A stretch of DNA of 64,000 bases from the NCBI GenBank assembly GCA_040005235.1, contig JBDTZG010000025.1:1-64000 (forward strand), given 5' to 3'. Every line of letters starts with the position of its first letter. Within the stretch, counting starts at the first letter, position 1. The notes under the pieces are model-generated. The model ran no database searches. It was not told the origin of the DNA and saw only the letters and a list, made by a program, of their open reading frames with translations. Below, one piece after another: positions 55,960 to 64,000 of the stretch. The DNA is from Acidobacteriota bacterium (GTDB taxonomy: Bacteria; Acidobacteriota; Thermoanaerobaculia; Multivoradales; UBA5704). Position numbers and translations under genes: made by a program.

Positions 55960-57078
55960 ATGTCCGAAAAGATCCAGTTCTTCCTGCCCGGCCCGACCTA
56001 CGTCCTCGACGCGGTCCGGCAGGCGATGACCCAGCCGATGGTCGGCCATCGTTCCGCGGGCTTCAAGACGTTCTACGTCAATCTTTCGGCGAAGCTGCCG
56101 AAGTTGCTCCGCACCGCGGGCGACGTGATGGTCGCCTCCGGCAGCTCGACGCTGGTGATGGAGGCGGCGGTCGTCTCGTGCGTTGCCACCTCGGTGCTCA
56201 ACCTGACCTGCGGCGCGTTTTCCGAGCGCTGGCACAAAATCAGTAAATCGGTCGGCAAAGACGCCGACAAGCTCGCGTTCCCCTGGGGCCAGCCGGTCGA
56301 TCCGGATCTCGTCAAGAAGGCGCTCGAACGGAAGCGCTACGACGCGATCACGGTCGTCCACAACGAGACCTCGACCGGCGTGATGAGCCCGATCGCCGAG
56401 ATCGCCAAGGTCGTTCGCGAGTCGAGCGACGCCCTGGTGATCGTAGATGCGGTTTCCTCGCTGGGCGGCGCGCCAGTCGAAACCGACGCCTGGGGGATCG
56501 ATATCTCGCTGGCCGGAACCCAGAAGGCGATCGCGGTGCCGCCCGGTCTCACCGTCTTTACGCTCTCCGACCGCGCCGCCGAACAGGCGGCCAAAGTGCC
56601 GTTCCGCGGGTTCTACACCGACCTGCTCAACTATCGCGACAAGCACCGCGAGGGGGGCTTCATCACCACCCCCGCGATCCCGTTGCTCTATGCCCTCGAC
56701 CGCCAGATGGACGTGATTCTCGAAGAGGGGATGGAGGCGCGCTGGGAGCGCCACGCGCAGCTGCAAAAGCAGACCGCCGATTGGGCGGCGGCGCGCGGCA
56801 TCGCCTACGCCTCGGCCGAGGGGTGCCGCTCGCACACCGTGAGCTGCTTTCTTGCGCCCGATGGGCTCGATCCGCAGGCGCTGGTCAAAGCGCTCACTGC
56901 GCGGGGAACGACGATCGGCGGCGGCTACGGCGATTGGAAGCCGACGACTTTCCGAATCGGCCACATGGGCGAAGTGCGCGAGACCGATCTGACCGCACTT
57001 CTGGCTCAAATCGACGAAGAGATGGCACGGCTCATGGCTCCGCTGGCTCCAATGACTCCCGCCGCGGTCGGAGCTTAA
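55960..57078 (+). CDS. Class V aminotransferase (serine-pyruvate / phosphoserine aminotransferase-like)
   Basis: PGPT, HNETSTG, VDAVSS, GTQKA (PLP Lys), FRIGHMG. Confidence 0.92.
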   Translation: MSEKIQFFLPGPTYVLDAVRQAMTQPMVGHRSAGFKTFYVNLSAKLPKLLRTAGDVMVASGSSTLVMEAAVVSCVATSVLNLTCGAFSERWHKISKSVGKDADKLAFPWGQPVDPDLVKKALERKRYDAITVVHNETSTGVMSPIAEIAKVVRESSDALVIVDAVSSLGGAPVETDAWGIDISLAGTQKAIAVPPGLTVFTLSDRAAEQAAKVPFRGFYTDLLNYRDKHREGGFITTPAIPLLYALDRQMDVILEEGMEARWERHAQLQKQTADWAAARGIAYASAEGCRSHTVSCFLAPDGLDPQALVKALTARGTTIGGGYGDWKPTTFRIGHMGEVRETDLTALLAQIDEEMARLMAPLAPMTPAAVGA

Positions 57079-57085
57079 AGTCCAG

Positions 57086-59122
57086 ATGCCGAAGATCCTG
57101 ATTGCCGACCAGCTCGATCCGTACGGTCTCGACCTCCTCGCCAAGGCGGGCGCGGAGATCCGCGTGGTCCGAGACGACGAGCGCGGCCGGCTGGCCGAGC
57201 TGATCGCCGACGTCGACGCGCTGGTCGTCCGGAGCGCCACCAAGGTCACCGCGGATCTCCTGCGCGCGGGTAAGAAACTCAAGGTGGTCGGCCGGGCGGG
57301 CGTGGGCGTCGACAACGTGGACGTTCCCGCGGCGACCGAGCTGGGCATCCAGGTGGTGAACGCACCGACCGCGAACCTCACCTCGGCGACCGAGCACAGC
57401 CTGGCGCTGCTGCTCGCGCTCGCCCGGCAGATTCCGGCGGCGGACGCCTCGATGAAGCGGGGGGAGTGGGACCGGAAGACCTTCCTCGGTGTCGAGCTGG
57501 AAGGGAAGACCTTAGGCGTCGTCGGCTTCGGCCGGATCGGCCAGAAAGTGGCGGAGCGGGCCAAGGCGTTCGGAATGAAGATCATCGCCTCCGATCCGTT
57601 CCCCAACGCGGACGCCGCCCGGCGGTTGGGGGTCGAGCTGGTGTCGATGGACGAGCTGATTGCCCGAGCAGACGCCTTGACGCTCCACACCCCGTTCACC
57701 GCGGAAACCAGGAACGTCATCTCGCGCGAGCGGATCTTCGCCATGAAGCCGGGGGCGCTGTTGGTCAACTGCGCTCGCGGCGGCCTGATCGACGAGGAGG
57801 CGCTGCTCGAAGCGCTCGACGCCGGGCGGATTTGCGGCGCGGCATTCGACGTCTACATCGAAGAGCCGCCCAAAGATCGGCGGCTGGCTCACCATCCCAA
57901 AGTGGTCGCCACCCCGCACATCGGCGCCCAGACCAGCGAAGCGCAAAAGCGGATCTCGGAGGAGACCGCCCAAAGGCTGCTCGCGGTGCTCGGAATGTCA
58001 ATGCCCGCGGCGGCCGTGGCCGCGGGGGTTCCCTCGGACGGTGCCAAGAGAGTCCGGGTCGGAGTGATCTTCGGCGGCCGGAGCGTCGAACATCAGGTCT
58101 CGCTCCGCTCCGCGCGCACGGTGTTGCAGGGCCTCGAAGCAGCCGGGTACGAACCGGTGCCGCTGGCGGTCGCCGAGGACGGCTGCTGGCTGTCGCCGGA
58201 GGAATCGGCGGCGATCCTCAAGAGCGACGCGGCGGCCGTGCCAAAGGTCGGCAAACCGGTCGCATCCACCTTGGGCGCTCTCACCGGCGCGAGGGTCGAG
58301 GCGCTCTTTCCGATCGTCCACGGCACCTGGGGAGAAGACGGCACGCTCCAGGGCCTGTGCGAGATGCTCGACCTGCCCTACGTCGGTCCGGGGGTCGCGA
58401 CCAGCGCGCTCGCGATGGACAAGCTGCTCGCCAAGCGCCAACTGCGCGCGGCGGGCGTGCCGGTGGTGGACGACGAGCCGGTCACGCGCGCCGGATTCGA
58501 AAGCGACCCCGGCGATATCCTCCGCCGCGCCGCGCGCTTTGCCTATCCGCTGTTCGTCAAGCCGAGCGTCGGCGGATCGAGCGTCGGCGTGGCGAAAGTC
58601 GACCGGCCCGAGGATCTGGCCGAAGCCGTGGCGTTCGCGCTGCGGTTCGACGAAAGCGTCCTGGTCGAGCGCGGGGTCGCCGGGCGCGAGCTGGAATGCG
58701 CGGTCTTGGGGGGAGCCGGTCGGCTCGAAGCCTCGGCGGTGGGGGAGATCGTCCCCGGCAACGCGTTTTACGACTACGCGGACAAGTACCTGCAAGACAC
58801 CGCGCGCCTGATCGCGCCGGCCGAGATTCCGAAGGAGATCGAAGACCGCCTCCGCGCGCTGGCGGTCGCCGCCTTCGGAGCGCTCGGCGGCTCGGGGATG
58901 GCGCGGGTCGATTTCTTCCTCGAAGGCGAGAATCTCTACGTCAACGAGATCAACACCCTTCCCGGCTTCACCAGCATCTCGATGTACCCCCGCCTCTGGG
59001 GACTCTCGGGCCTCACGTTGCCGCAGCTCGTCGGCCGCCTGGTGGAGATCTCGATCGAACGCCATGCCGAGCGCCACCGGCTGGACGCCGGAATCAAGCA
59101 GTTCCTCTCCGAACTGGCTTGA
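57086..59122 (+). CDS. Fusion: SerA-like D-2-hydroxyacid dehydrogenase plus D-alanine-D-alanine ligase
   Basis: aa 1-303: VRSATKV, GRAGVGVDNVD, GFGRIG, NCARG, DVY.EEP, TPHIGAQT. aa ~320-678: GGRSVEH, HGTWGEDG, VKP...GSS.G, FYDYADKY, RVDF, NEINTLPG. No stop between them. Confidence 0.92.
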   Translation: MPKILIADQLDPYGLDLLAKAGAEIRVVRDDERGRLAELIADVDALVVRSATKVTADLLRAGKKLKVVGRAGVGVDNVDVPAATELGIQVVNAPTANLTSATEHSLALLLALARQIPAADASMKRGEWDRKTFLGVELEGKTLGVVGFGRIGQKVAERAKAFGMKIIASDPFPNADAARRLGVELVSMDELIARADALTLHTPFTAETRNVISRERIFAMKPGALLVNCARGGLIDEEALLEALDAGRICGAAFDVYIEEPPKDRRLAHHPKVVATPHIGAQTSEAQKRISEETAQRLLAVLGMSMPAAAVAAGVPSDGAKRVRVGVIFGGRSVEHQVSLRSARTVLQGLEAAGYEPVPLAVAEDGCWLSPEESAAILKSDAAAVPKVGKPVASTLGALTGARVEALFPIVHGTWGEDGTLQGLCEMLDLPYVGPGVATSALAMDKLLAKRQLRAAGVPVVDDEPVTRAGFESDPGDILRRAARFAYPLFVKPSVGGSSVGVAKVDRPEDLAEAVAFALRFDESVLVERGVAGRELECAVLGGAGRLEASAVGEIVPGNAFYDYADKYLQDTARLIAPAEIPKEIEDRLRALAVAAFGALGGSGMARVDFFLEGENLYVNEINTLPGFTSISMYPRLWGLSGLTLPQLVGRLVEISIERHAERHRLDAGIKQFLSELA

Positions 59123-59140
59123 AACCCTTAGGATTGCGCC

Positions 59141-60034
59141 GTGCATTTCGCCCATTTCTCCGACCTGGTCCTCGCCCGCGCCCGCCAAGCCTCCCCGCTC
59201 GTCCTCGGGTTAGATCCCGATTTCGCCTTGATGCCGCCGGAGCTCCGGCCGGCCGAGGGCGCGGGCGGCGAGGAGATCGTGCGCCGCCTCGTCGCGTTTA
59301 CCGAGCAGGTTCTCGAAGCGGCGGCGCCGTTTTGCTGCGCGGCCAAGCCCCAGAGCGCATTTTTTGAGCAGCACGGGAGCGCAGGCGTCGCGGCGCTCGC
59401 CCGGTGCCTGGCGAAGATCCGCGCCGCGGGGCTGCCGATTCTGCTCGACGTCAAACGGGGCGACATCGGCTCGACCGCCACGGCGTACGCCCGCGCGTAT
59501 CTTGGCGAAACGGATCTTGCCGCCGATGCGATCACGGTGAATCCGTTTCTGGGTGGCGACTCCCTCGCGCCGTTTTTCACCGCGTCGAAAAGCTCCGGCA
59601 AGGGAGTCTTCGTGCTGGTGAAGACCTCGAACCCCGGCTCGCGCGACCTGATGGATCTGGAGATCGCCGAAGGCACCGTCTCCGCGCGCCTCGCGCGACA
59701 GGTGGAGGAGGAGGCGGCCAAGTCGATAGGCGAAAGCGGCTACGGCCTGGTGGGCGCCGTCGTCGGCTCGACTTATCCCGCCCAGGCGGCGGCGCTGCGC
59801 CAATTGATGCCCCACGCGCCGATTTTGGTACCCGGTCTGGGGGCGCAGGGCGGTTCGCTCGATGCGGTTCGCGCGGTTGCGGACGCCAAAGGCGGGGGAG
59901 TGCTGGTGCCCGTCTCGCGCGGACTCACCTACCCGGGCGTCGAAGAGATCGCGGCGGCGGGCGGGTACGTTGCCGCAGTGCGGGCGAACGCCGAGCGCTA
60001 TGCTGCCGAGTTGAACGGGGCGCTCGCTGCTTAG
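59141..60034 (+). CDS. pyrF: Orotidine-5'-phosphate decarboxylase (type 2)
   Basis: LGLDP, KPQSAFFE, LDVKRGDIGST, KTSNPGS, LVPGLGAQG, SRG. Confidence 0.96.
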   Translation: MHFAHFSDLVLARARQASPLVLGLDPDFALMPPELRPAEGAGGEEIVRRLVAFTEQVLEAAAPFCCAAKPQSAFFEQHGSAGVAALARCLAKIRAAGLPILLDVKRGDIGSTATAYARAYLGETDLAADAITVNPFLGGDSLAPFFTASKSSGKGVFVLVKTSNPGSRDLMDLEIAEGTVSARLARQVEEEAAKSIGESGYGLVGAVVGSTYPAQAAALRQLMPHAPILVPGLGAQGGSLDAVRAVADAKGGGVLVPVSRGLTYPGVEEIAAAGGYVAAVRANAERYAAELNGALAA

Positions 60035-60627
60035 GCGAGGCGGGTCGAAAGCGCCTCGTACTCCTCCGCCGTATCCACGTCCGACACCGCCCCTGCGTCG
60101 TCCACCGCGATCGTGATTGTCCGCGCGGCGAACCGCTCGCGGAGCTGTTTCAAACCGATCGACGGATCGAGCGTCGGGATCTCCGCCACCGCCTCCGGAG
60201 CGATAGCGAGCGGGTGGCCGTTTTGGCCCCGATAGGTAGGCCAAGCGAGCGCGCTACCCGAAGCGTCGAGAGAGGCGAGCGTCGCGCGGATCGTTTCCGC
60301 CTGGAGTGCCGGCAGGTCGGCGGGGGAGATCAGCAGCGGCTCGCGCCAACCTTCCGGGCCGCCCACCGCCGCGAGGCCGGTTACGATCGACGAGAGCATC
60401 CCCCGTTCGGGATCGGGGTTGATCGCGAGGATCAGCCCGGACCGGCGCACCCAATCCTGAAGCGGCAGATCGGCGGGGGAGGCAACGACGACGATCCGTT
60501 CCACCCCTGCGGCTCGGAAGCTCGCGACCAGCGAGCCGATCACCGTGCTGGCTCCAAACGGAAGCAGCAGTTTCGGCTGGCCCATCCGGCGGGAGGCTCC
60601 GGCTGCGGGGAGGAGGGCGATCGCCAT
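60031..60627 (-). CDS. MocA/MobA-like nucleotidyltransferase
   Basis: PAAGASRRMGQPKLLLP, GMLSSI, PADLP, GHP, DVDTAEEY. Confidence 0.9.
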   Translation of the reverse strand: MAIALLPAAGASRRMGQPKLLLPFGASTVIGSLVASFRAAGVERIVVVASPADLPLQDWVRRSGLILAINPDPERGMLSSIVTGLAAVGGPEGWREPLLISPADLPALQAETIRATLASLDASGSALAWPTYRGQNGHPLAIAPEAVAEIPTLDPSIGLKQLRERFAARTITIAVDDAGAVSDVDTAEEYEALSTRLA

Positions 60628-60657
60628 GTTGGAGAGTCTACGGCGAGAAGAGATACG

Positions 60658-60693
60658 GCCCGCCTCTCCGGTCGTAGTGCCGGAGAGGCGGGC
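60658..60693 (-). terminator. Stem-loop downstream of the TonB receptor gene
   Basis: 14-bp perfect stem GCCCGCCTCTCCGG/CCGGAGAGGCGGGC; weak U-tract. Confidence 0.6.
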
Positions 60694-60704
60694 GGGGGGA
60701 GCCG

Positions 60705-63182
60705 CTACTTCTTGTACGTCAAGCTCAGCAGCGAGCGCCGGGCGATCAGGTCGCCGCCGAAGGACTGGTAGGCCTCTTCGTCGAACAGGTTCGAGACCGA
60801 GAGGCCGAGCGTGAGGGTGGCGGAGAGGTCGTAGTTGGCGTTCACGTCGACCGAGGTGTAGGCCTTCACGTCGCCCTGGAAGGGGCCGGTGACCCAGCGG
60901 AACTTGTCGGTGAAGCGGAAGCTCGTCTCCGCGTTCCAGCGGTCGGCGAGGTAGCCGAGGCCTAAGGCTCCTTTGTTTTTCGGGCTGTTCGGCAACAGCA
61001 GGCGGTCGAGGCCCGGCTGGCTGTTCTGGATGTCGAAGTCGAACCAGGAGTAGGCGGCGTTGACGTTCCAGTGGCTGTTGACCGACCAGTTGAGACCGAG
61101 GTCGACGCCTTGGGTGTCGACGGCGCCGAAGTTGGTGTAGGAGACCGCGCCCAGGATCGGCGTGCCGTCGAGGTTGTTGCTGAGGACGAAGAAGTTGTTG
61201 CCGAGCGCGGCCCGGAGGCGGCTGAGCAGCAGCGCAGCCACCGGAGCCGGGAGCCCGGCGGGCGCCTGGTAGAGGCCGAAGTTGGGGTTCAGCCGGCCGA
61301 GCGGCGTGCCGAAGTTCGGCAGCAGGTCGGTGATGAAGTTCTCATTCTTGCTCTTGTAGTACTCGGCCGTGAGCACCGCCTGGTTGCCCAGGATGCCGGT
61401 GTAGCCGAGCTCATAGGTCTTCACCTCTTCGAGGCTGAGATCCTTGTTGCCGAGCGCGAGCACCCGCGTGTTCGCCGTGGCCACGTTGTTGTCCGGATCG
61501 AAGCCGCAGGAGACGCCGGCCGAGCGGCAGATCGCCTCGAACGGCGACAGGTTGATCGGCGCCGCCACGTCGGCCTGGAGGAAGAACTCCGAGTAGTTGG
61601 CGACCTGGAAGCCCTCGTTGTACGAGGCGCGGAGCGTATGGTTCGGGCGCACCGCCCAGACCAGCGAGCCCTTCGGCGAGAAACGCGCCTTGTGCAGGTC
61701 GCTGTCGTCGTAGCGGCCGGCGACCACCAGCTTCAGAGCGTCGGTCAAGTTCCAATCGACCTGGCCGTAGCCGGCGTACGATTTCGCGCTGACCGGGTTG
61801 AAGATCAGCGTCTGGCGCCCGGTGCGCGGGTCGCGGCTGTCGATGTTCTCGTCCTGGTAGCTGCCGCCGAGGACGATGCGCGCCTTGTCGTTGGCGACGC
61901 CCCAGTAGGTCTGCCCTTCGAGGTTGAAGTTGTCGTCGTCGAGCGAGACGTTGTTGCCGGCGGAAAGGGCGGTCTGCCGCTCGGCGTTCCTCTTGTTGTA
62001 GGAGGTGAGGAAGTTGAAATGGTCGCGCGAGTAGTCGAGCCGCGCGAAATCGCGCTTGACGTCGACCAGCTGGACGCGGCCGATGCCGGTCTGGAACACC
62101 GGTCCCGAGATGTCGGCGCGGCCGATCTCGGCGGTCAAGAGCGCTCCGCCCCCCTCGAAATAGCGGTCGATTCTTGCCTCGCCGAACTTGATGTCGTCAT
62201 CGTCTTCGGGGTTCAACTTCACCCGCTCCTGCGGCAGGCAGTCGGTCTGGGCCGAGGTGGTGCAGGGCCGCGAGTACTCGGCCTTGCCGTTTCGCGAGAC
62301 GGTGAAGTCGCCGCTCTGGCGCAGGCCGGCGAGAACCTTGAAGTAGGTCGCGTCGTTGATCGCCCCGGCGTAGCGGCCGTCGAGGTTCAGGGTGGAGAGC
62401 TCCCCGCCGGTCGCGCGCAGCAGCAGTCCGCGGCTGTCCTTCGGCCGGCGGGTGATCAGGTTGAGCACGCCCGAGGAGGCGTTGGCGCCATAGAGCGCGG
62501 CGGAGGGGCCGCGCACCAGCTCGGCCTGCGCCAGGTCGTCGAGCGGGAAGGAAACCGCCGCCCACTCCTGCGCGCCGAGGAACGGCACCGACGGATCACG
62601 GCCGTCGATCAGGGTCGCGACGCGCCGGTTGAGCGAGCTGTTGAAGCCGCGGGTGTTGAAGTTGAAGTCGTAGACGCCACTCTGCGTGACTTCCGCGCCC
62701 GGGGTGAATTCGAGCAGCTTCGGCAGCTGGGCGTGGGTCGCTTCGCGGGCGATCTGCTCTTCCGAGACGATGGTCACCGCGGCGGGCGCCTCGGTGATCT
62801 TCTCGTTCTGCCGCGAGGCGGAAAAGACGGTGATCGTGTCGACGAACGAGACGTCCCAGTCGACGCTCTTGTCTACCGTCTTGGTCTTTCCCGCGGCGAC
62901 CTCGACGCCCGAGGCGCTGTCGGTCGAATCGCCCGCGGTAAAGCTCAGCTCATAGCTGCCGGCCGGCACGCTGGAGAAGGAGTAGCGGCCGTTGGAGTCG
63001 GTGAGCGTCGCCTGCGAGGTCGACTGGATCACCACGGTGACCCCGCCGATGCCCGTGCCGTCCTTACGGGTCAGGCGCCCTTCGATTCGCCCATTGCCTT
63101 GTGCGAGAAGGGCCTGGGTGCAGAGCCCGGCGATGAAGGCGAACAGCAACGCGGTGAGCGAACGTCTCGATAGGTAGATCAT
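60705..63182 (-). CDS. TonB-dependent receptor with an N-terminal carboxypeptidase-regulatory-like domain
   Basis: Signal peptide, TDSNGRY, ITVFSASR, LIDGR, ELVRGPSAALYGANA..GVLN, NLFD. Confidence 0.93.
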   Translation of the reverse strand: MIYLSRRSLTALLFAFIAGLCTQALLAQGNGRIEGRLTRKDGTGIGGVTVVIQSTSQATLTDSNGRYSFSSVPAGSYELSFTAGDSTDSASGVEVAAGKTKTVDKSVDWDVSFVDTITVFSASRQNEKITEAPAAVTIVSEEQIAREATHAQLPKLLEFTPGAEVTQSGVYDFNFNTRGFNSSLNRRVATLIDGRDPSVPFLGAQEWAAVSFPLDDLAQAELVRGPSAALYGANASSGVLNLITRRPKDSRGLLLRATGGELSTLNLDGRYAGAINDATYFKVLAGLRQSGDFTVSRNGKAEYSRPCTTSAQTDCLPQERVKLNPEDDDDIKFGEARIDRYFEGGGALLTAEIGRADISGPVFQTGIGRVQLVDVKRDFARLDYSRDHFNFLTSYNKRNAERQTALSAGNNVSLDDDNFNLEGQTYWGVANDKARIVLGGSYQDENIDSRDPRTGRQTLIFNPVSAKSYAGYGQVDWNLTDALKLVVAGRYDDSDLHKARFSPKGSLVWAVRPNHTLRASYNEGFQVANYSEFFLQADVAAPINLSPFEAICRSAGVSCGFDPDNNVATANTRVLALGNKDLSLEEVKTYELGYTGILGNQAVLTAEYYKSKNENFITDLLPNFGTPLGRLNPNFGLYQAPAGLPAPVAALLLSRLRAALGNNFFVLSNNLDGTPILGAVSYTNFGAVDTQGVDLGLNWSVNSHWNVNAAYSWFDFDIQNSQPGLDRLLLPNSPKNKGALGLGYLADRWNAETSFRFTDKFRWVTGPFQGDVKAYTSVDVNANYDLSATLTLGLSVSNLFDEEAYQSFGGDLIARRSLLSLTYKK

Positions 63183-63443
63183 CTGTCGATTCCCCTTGAA
63201 GATATGGATCGAGCCTGCGGCCACGTGGGAGGCCGCCGCTAGATCCGAATCCGACTCTAAAGCCCGAGAGCTGGCCTGCAATGGTAGCGCGGCCAGGGCC
63301 GGCGTCAAGGGGCGGTGCGGAGAGGTCGGCGTCCGACCGACCTTTCCCTCGTGCGCGCTCCCTCCGCCGGGGGCGGTTTGACGAAACCGCTTACAGCGTT
63401 CAAAGTTCCGCCCGATTTCGTTCAAGAAGAGGAGATCGGGAAC

Positions 63444-64000
63444 ATGTCGGGAGATTCTCCGCGGCTGGCGGCTGGGCGCAAGCGAGCGCTTTTTCGGATC
63501 CTGCCTGCGGCCCTTGCCGGTCTGCTCGGTTCGGGGTTGGCATGCTCTGGAAATTTAGCGCGGAGCGCACCGGCCGGCCGGCGGGCGGCGGCCGTCAATT
63601 GCGCCGAGGGGGCGGGACTCGCCGTCGTGCCGCTGCCGTTACCCCACGGTTGGCGCCGTTCGCGGTTGACGCGAGACTACGTGCGCGGGCGGTATGACGC
63701 CCAAGCGACGTCGCTACGTTTCGTGCCCAGGATGATCGTCCTGCACTGGACCGAGCTGCCCGACCTCGCGGCGCTCTGGAACGCGTTCCGTCCCGCGACG
63801 ATTCCGCCCTCGCGCCCGGAGCTGTTGTCCGCGGGGCGCGTCAACGTCGCGTCTCAGTTCGTGGTCGATCGCGACGGCGCGATCTACCGGCTGCTGCCCG
63901 AGACCGCGATCGCCCGCCACACGATCGGCCTCAACCGAGCGGCGATCGGGATCGAAAACGTCGGCGGCAGCGAGGCGCCGCTGACCGAATGCCAGGTGCG
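63444..64000 (+). CDS. Lipoprotein N-acetylmuramoyl-L-alanine amidase (Amidase_2), partial
   Basis: Hand translation: GAGGAG RBS, ...LAGLLGSGLAC lipobox, PRMIVLHWT, VASQFVVDRDG.IYRL, ARHTIGLN..AIGIEN; runs off the window. Confidence 0.88.
   Translation, partial: MSGDSPRLAAGRKRALFRILPAALAGLLGSGLACSGNLARSAPAGRRAAAVNCAEGAGLAVVPLPLPHGWRRSRLTRDYVRGRYDAQATSLRFVPRMIVLHWTELPDLAALWNAFRPATIPPSRPELLSAGRVNVASQFVVDRDGAIYRLLPETAIARHTIGLNRAAIGIENVGGSEAPLTECQV

Noticed and set aside
57086-59122. Canonical vanHAX resistance cluster
   Set aside because: No vanX, vanR or vanS; the ligase has the ordinary KY omega loop and the dehydrogenase is SerA-like.
63183-63280. Riboswitch ahead of the TonB receptor
   Set aside because: The leader after TTGACG-N16-TACCAT is only ~90 nt with one hairpin; no cobalamin or TPP consensus was recognised.

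Overview
High-GC bacterial chromosomal segment. Gene content (acidobacterial-type VWA protein, ELWxxDGT and BNR propeller paralogs, exosortase H, TonB receptor, M56/BlaI pair) suggests Acidobacteriota, possibly Thermoanaerobaculia (inference). Housekeeping genes (pyrR-pyrB-pyrC, pyrF, rsmD, DHH-CBS tRNA nucleotidyltransferase, creD with a two-component system) alternate with decaying arrays of secreted beta-propeller paralogs and with two small toxin/defence pockets bounded by REP-like palindromes. Most notable: (1) one uninterrupted ORF fusing a SerA-type D-2-hydroxyacid dehydrogenase to a complete D-Ala-D-Ala ligase, directly behind a class V aminotransferase; (2) a ~430-bp array of 12 TGTACA-like hexamers in exact 21-bp register next to a truncated endonuclease-STAND gene; (3) a ~1050-aa cytochrome P460-domain/multiheme fusion; (4) an M13 peptidase with HDxxH in place of HExxH; (5) about 11 genes with a leaderless-promoter geometry. 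No rRNA, tRNA or CRISPR array was seen. All calls come from reading motifs by eye; no database searches were run.
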